From Callorhinchus milii (Eukaryota): a stretch of DNA of 64,000 bases. The notes below the pieces were generated by a model. That model ran no database searches. It was given only the letters and a program-made list of their open reading frames with translations, and was not told where the DNA came from. Of this stretch, positions 60,501 through 64,000 are shown one piece after another. Made by a program: the position numbers and the translations under genes. The stretch spans positions 20,336,001 through 20,400,000 of the forward strand of contig NW_024704750.1 of assembly GCF_018977255.1 (NCBI RefSeq). The letters run 5' to 3'. How positions within the stretch are numbered: the first letter of the stretch is position 1; every line of letters begins with the position of its first letter.

Positions 60501-62999
60501 TGAGTCACAAATTTGCCCTAATTAGAGCAGAAACCAAGGTCCAAAAACAGAAGAAACACTCGGGGAACTGAAGGGACAATATACACAGATCGAGAACTTC
60601 ATAAACAAGATCATTATCCCAAATTATCACTAAACTAACAAGAAGGTAAACAGTAAAGAACATTGCAGAAGGAATTAAAAGGTGTGCAAGAAAATACGTC
60701 TTCATGTTTAGCACGGCAAGAATATAGCATTCTCTACACACTGCAGCTGAAGGAGACAGGTGCTTGAGGACGCTTGAAGATGCTTGAAGAAAAGGAAAAT
60801 ACAGTTTATGGGAAGTGAGCGAGGATGAGAGTTCTGATTGAGATGAGAAATGGGGAGGCAATCAACAGAGCAGTGTTGTTCAACATCACTTTTTATTATT
60901 ATTATTATTTTATTATTAACGTTTTATTTGTTACAGCTCCTTTCACATCAAGAGTATACCTGAATCTCGTTTTTCAATTTTTGTCTATACTTTTATCTAT
61001 TATCTTACTTTGAATGCTTCCCGAATGTTGAATCCTGCTCCTTTAAATATGTCCATTAGAACAGAAAATGTATTTCAGTTTGCGTACAGCAGTGGCCCAC
61101 AAACAGCCATGGACTGAGTGACCAGTTTTGTTTGGGGTATTGTTGACAGTCAGGACACCAGGAGAGAGAAATTCCCTTCTCTTTTCGAATAGTGTAAAAT
61201 TATTTTCACACGATTTAGCGGAGAATTGTTTCATCAAAATTAAAAATATCAGGTCCTGGAATGAATCAAACCAACAATTGCTTGATGTTTATCTATTGAC
61301 ATCTTTCTGTGATTGACGCAAGAAGACTTATCAATATACGACGTTCCCTGGTGCATAGATTCTGTTCCTTTGTTTTGTTGCAATTGTGTCACTTACTTGT
61401 CCACTTAGTGTAAGAAGACGTTCGTATTTGTTTTACACTATGTAATTTCACTTTAAAAATGGTTAGTTTCTCTGTGTCCTTGTGATGAAACCTATGACAT
61501 ATTTATTTTGAAGTTAATGAACTCTAACTAACAAGAATCAATTCACAATGTATAACATTTTAGCTGGAAAGATTTTCAGTTTGCCAGTAGAAAGGTTCCT
61601 GCTTGGGGCCAGTGGATTATAAATCTAGAAAATGAATCTGAATTATCATAGGACTATGTGTGGATAGAGGTTTGCCAGCGAGTCAGCTGTTGAAATATAA
61701 ATAATTTTCGGAAGGGATTTTGGTAGATTCTTGAGGAATATTTGAGGGTATGTGAGCGAGAAGGGGGAGTGCGAATAGGTTAAATGTGTTTCATGTGAAG
61801 AATAGCATCAGCGCCTGATGTGGTATAATATTTGATGATTCTGCACCAAATTGCTTGCACAATCGTCTCTCATTGTATTTATCAATAATTAGGTGTCTGA
61901 CTTTGTACCCATCTCAAGACCCTTCTCTTTGACCGTGTCTTCGATCACCCTCCTTCCGTGATTGATATAGCATGTTTAGAACACTCGCCTCGCAAGCGAG
62001 AGAACCCATGTAAGTGAAAGGCGCTCATATAAATGTAAATTGTTGTTGTTTTCTTTGGTCCTAATTATAAACCTCAAACTTAGTGATGTTTATCTTCATC
62101 TGCTATTGTTCCACCACCCTCCTAATCTTTCCACATTTCTTTACAGTTGTACCTCGTAACTGTGTGTCATCATCAGATTTAGAAATTATAACAACATTTA
62201 TTATAATGATAATAATAATTGCATTTGATATAGCGCTTTACACGTCTTCTAGACGTCTCAAAGCACTTAAATATAGCACCCCTCACACAGGGTAGTGTCC
62301 CAGAGCGCTTGCTTATCAAGTTCAAGATATTCCCCACCCCTTTTTGTCTGTGTGATGTAGAATGTGAATAGCTTAGGATTGACTTCCTCCGGGAGAAGCA
62401 TAATGACTTCCCAATGCTGAGAGAACCAGCTCTCTGGTGCTACCTCTCAACCCATTTCCTGGCGAACGCGGCAGCCAGTTGCACCCAGCAATGTCCCACA
62501 AACAGCAATGGAGTGAATGATCAATTTTACTTGAGGGATTGTTAGCCAGGACACCGTGAGAGAGAAACTCCCTTCTCTTTTCGAATGGGATCTTTAACAT
62601 CCACCAGAATAGGCAGACGGGGCCTCGGTTTAACATCTCATCCAAAAGACAGCATTTGTTGGGAGTAATCTTAAAATCACTTAAGAAAAGATTAATAATC
62701 AGTTTTCAAGGCAACAATTCAATCCTGACAAAGGGACCATTTGTCATCTCAAACACAAATGAGCATTATTGGATACCTGCATCAGGCCAATCAACATTTG
62801 TCAAATGATAATTGTTAATGTTTAAGTTATGATCCTTCATAATAAGAAGAATTATAAAAATAATCTTCCCATCTTGGTATATCGTCTTTCACGCAGGGAG
62901 GACGTCCCAAAGTGCTTCATGGGATTTACTAGGGAGTGGAGTGACTGTGTATTTGTGGCAAGTGGCTCAGGTTGTCTACTTTCTCTTTCAGAAGCAAGT

Positions 63000-63360
63000 T
63001 GATCTGCTAATTTCCCTCAGTTGTGGTTTGTCTCCTCGTTGAATGTCAACAAGATGGAGTTGTGCTTGCTTCCCGCCTCCTCACCTCACCAGTTGCCTTG
63101 TTGCTCTCAACTGGGTTTCCTGCCCCCCAACCCCTCCCCCCCCACCAGCTACCAGCCTCCTCTTCCCGGCTGCCCCAACTCTCAGTCATTCCTTCATCTT
63201 CGTGGTCCCAATCTCTGGACTCCCAGCTCCTCCCTCCACAAGCTGCAGACCATCTCACACTGGGCAGCCCACCTTCCCTCCCACTCTTATCCTTGTTGAG
63301 CTCTGCAGCCTTCCAATTTCCCAGGGGATCGGATTCAAGAACCTCCTGATATTCAAAACC
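63000..63360 (+). mobile_element. Decayed L2 ORF2 C-terminal fragment
   Basis: SSLHKLQTI..AAHL and LPISQGIGFKNLLIFK resemble the C-terminus of the L2 at about 17100-17400. Confidence 0.55.
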
Positions 63361-63474
63361 CACTCTTTGGAACTCCATGATGGAGACTTTGGCAAAGGGA
63401 TGGAGAAAGGAAGAAACAGTACGAAACAAACTTTATCAGAACTGCTTTATTTGAATATGTCGCAAATTCAAGAG

Positions 63475-63610
63475 CTAATTTAAGTGAGAGGTGAATCTCC
63501 CTGACCAAACAGAAAGGCGGCTTTCACTCTCTGTGTATAGTTTGGTTAGCTTGTGCACATTGATGTCTTTATGCTTCACTCTGTGAACAAGCTCAGGGTT
63601 GAAATCATTT
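63475..63610 (-). pseudogene. Remnant of the last coding exon of an eighth METTL21B-like paralogue
   Basis: The minus strand reads DFNPELVHRVKHKDINVHKLTKLYTESESRLSVWSGRFTSHLN*, matching DFNSELVLRDEEDDVNVYKITKK (paralogue 7) and VYKLTKK...LVWS (paralogue 1). Upstream it runs into a SINE tail and no GSDIVY segment is present. Confidence 0.7.
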
Positions 63611-64000
63611 ACTTGGGGAAAATGCCAATGCTCCAATAACTCCAATAACCCTCCATTAACTTGATCTGATAAGGAGATGTATCAAGTGTAAGGATTATTA
63701 TTATCATTATTTTTATCATTGAGTTTATCTTTGCACTGCAACATGCAATGACATCCTCTCTGTCCTGATCTATATTCTACACCCTGTGTCTGGTTAGTTA
63801 AAGTGCTCTGGGACGCTACCCTGACTGAGGGGCGCTATAAAAAATGCAAGTTGTTTTTGCTGTTGTTGTTAGTGCAACCAGCCTATAGACTCTGGCTGTC
63901 GCAATCCAGTTGCCCATAAGTCTTAGATAGCTTTGCTGATCAGCACTAACACTGATCAATTTCAGTCAACGTCTCAAATTGCGTGCAGCCTTTTATATAA

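Overview
Vertebrate genomic DNA, AT-rich and repeat-dense. The Deu-domain tRNA-derived SINEs plus CR1 and L2 LINEs point to a cartilaginous fish, possibly a holocephalan (inference). The only protein-coding genes I can reconstruct are seven intact paralogues of the seven-beta-strand protein-lysine methyltransferase EEF1AKMT3/METTL21B. Each has three coding exons (phase 0 then phase 1 introns, invariant 112-nt middle exon), and their orientations are +,-,-,-,-,+,-. An eighth copy survives only as an exon-3 remnant near 63.5 kb. The array was built by repeated duplication: a near-identical ~10.33-kb tandem duplication (about 24.05-44.7 kb) plus an older copy of the same unit (about 15.9-24.0 kb). 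The paralogues keep the SAM-binding (ELGSGTG) and GSDI[VI]Y motifs but differ strongly in exons 1 and 3. Genes 3 and 4 show a mosaic, gene-conversion-like pattern of divergence. A shared promoter module (TCTCGCGA...CGAGA...TATA-like...splice donor) lies upstream of most copies. Nearly all other ORFs in the track are retroelement debris or spurious. There is a 202-nt N gap at 48752-48953. All alignments and counts were made by eye and are approximate.
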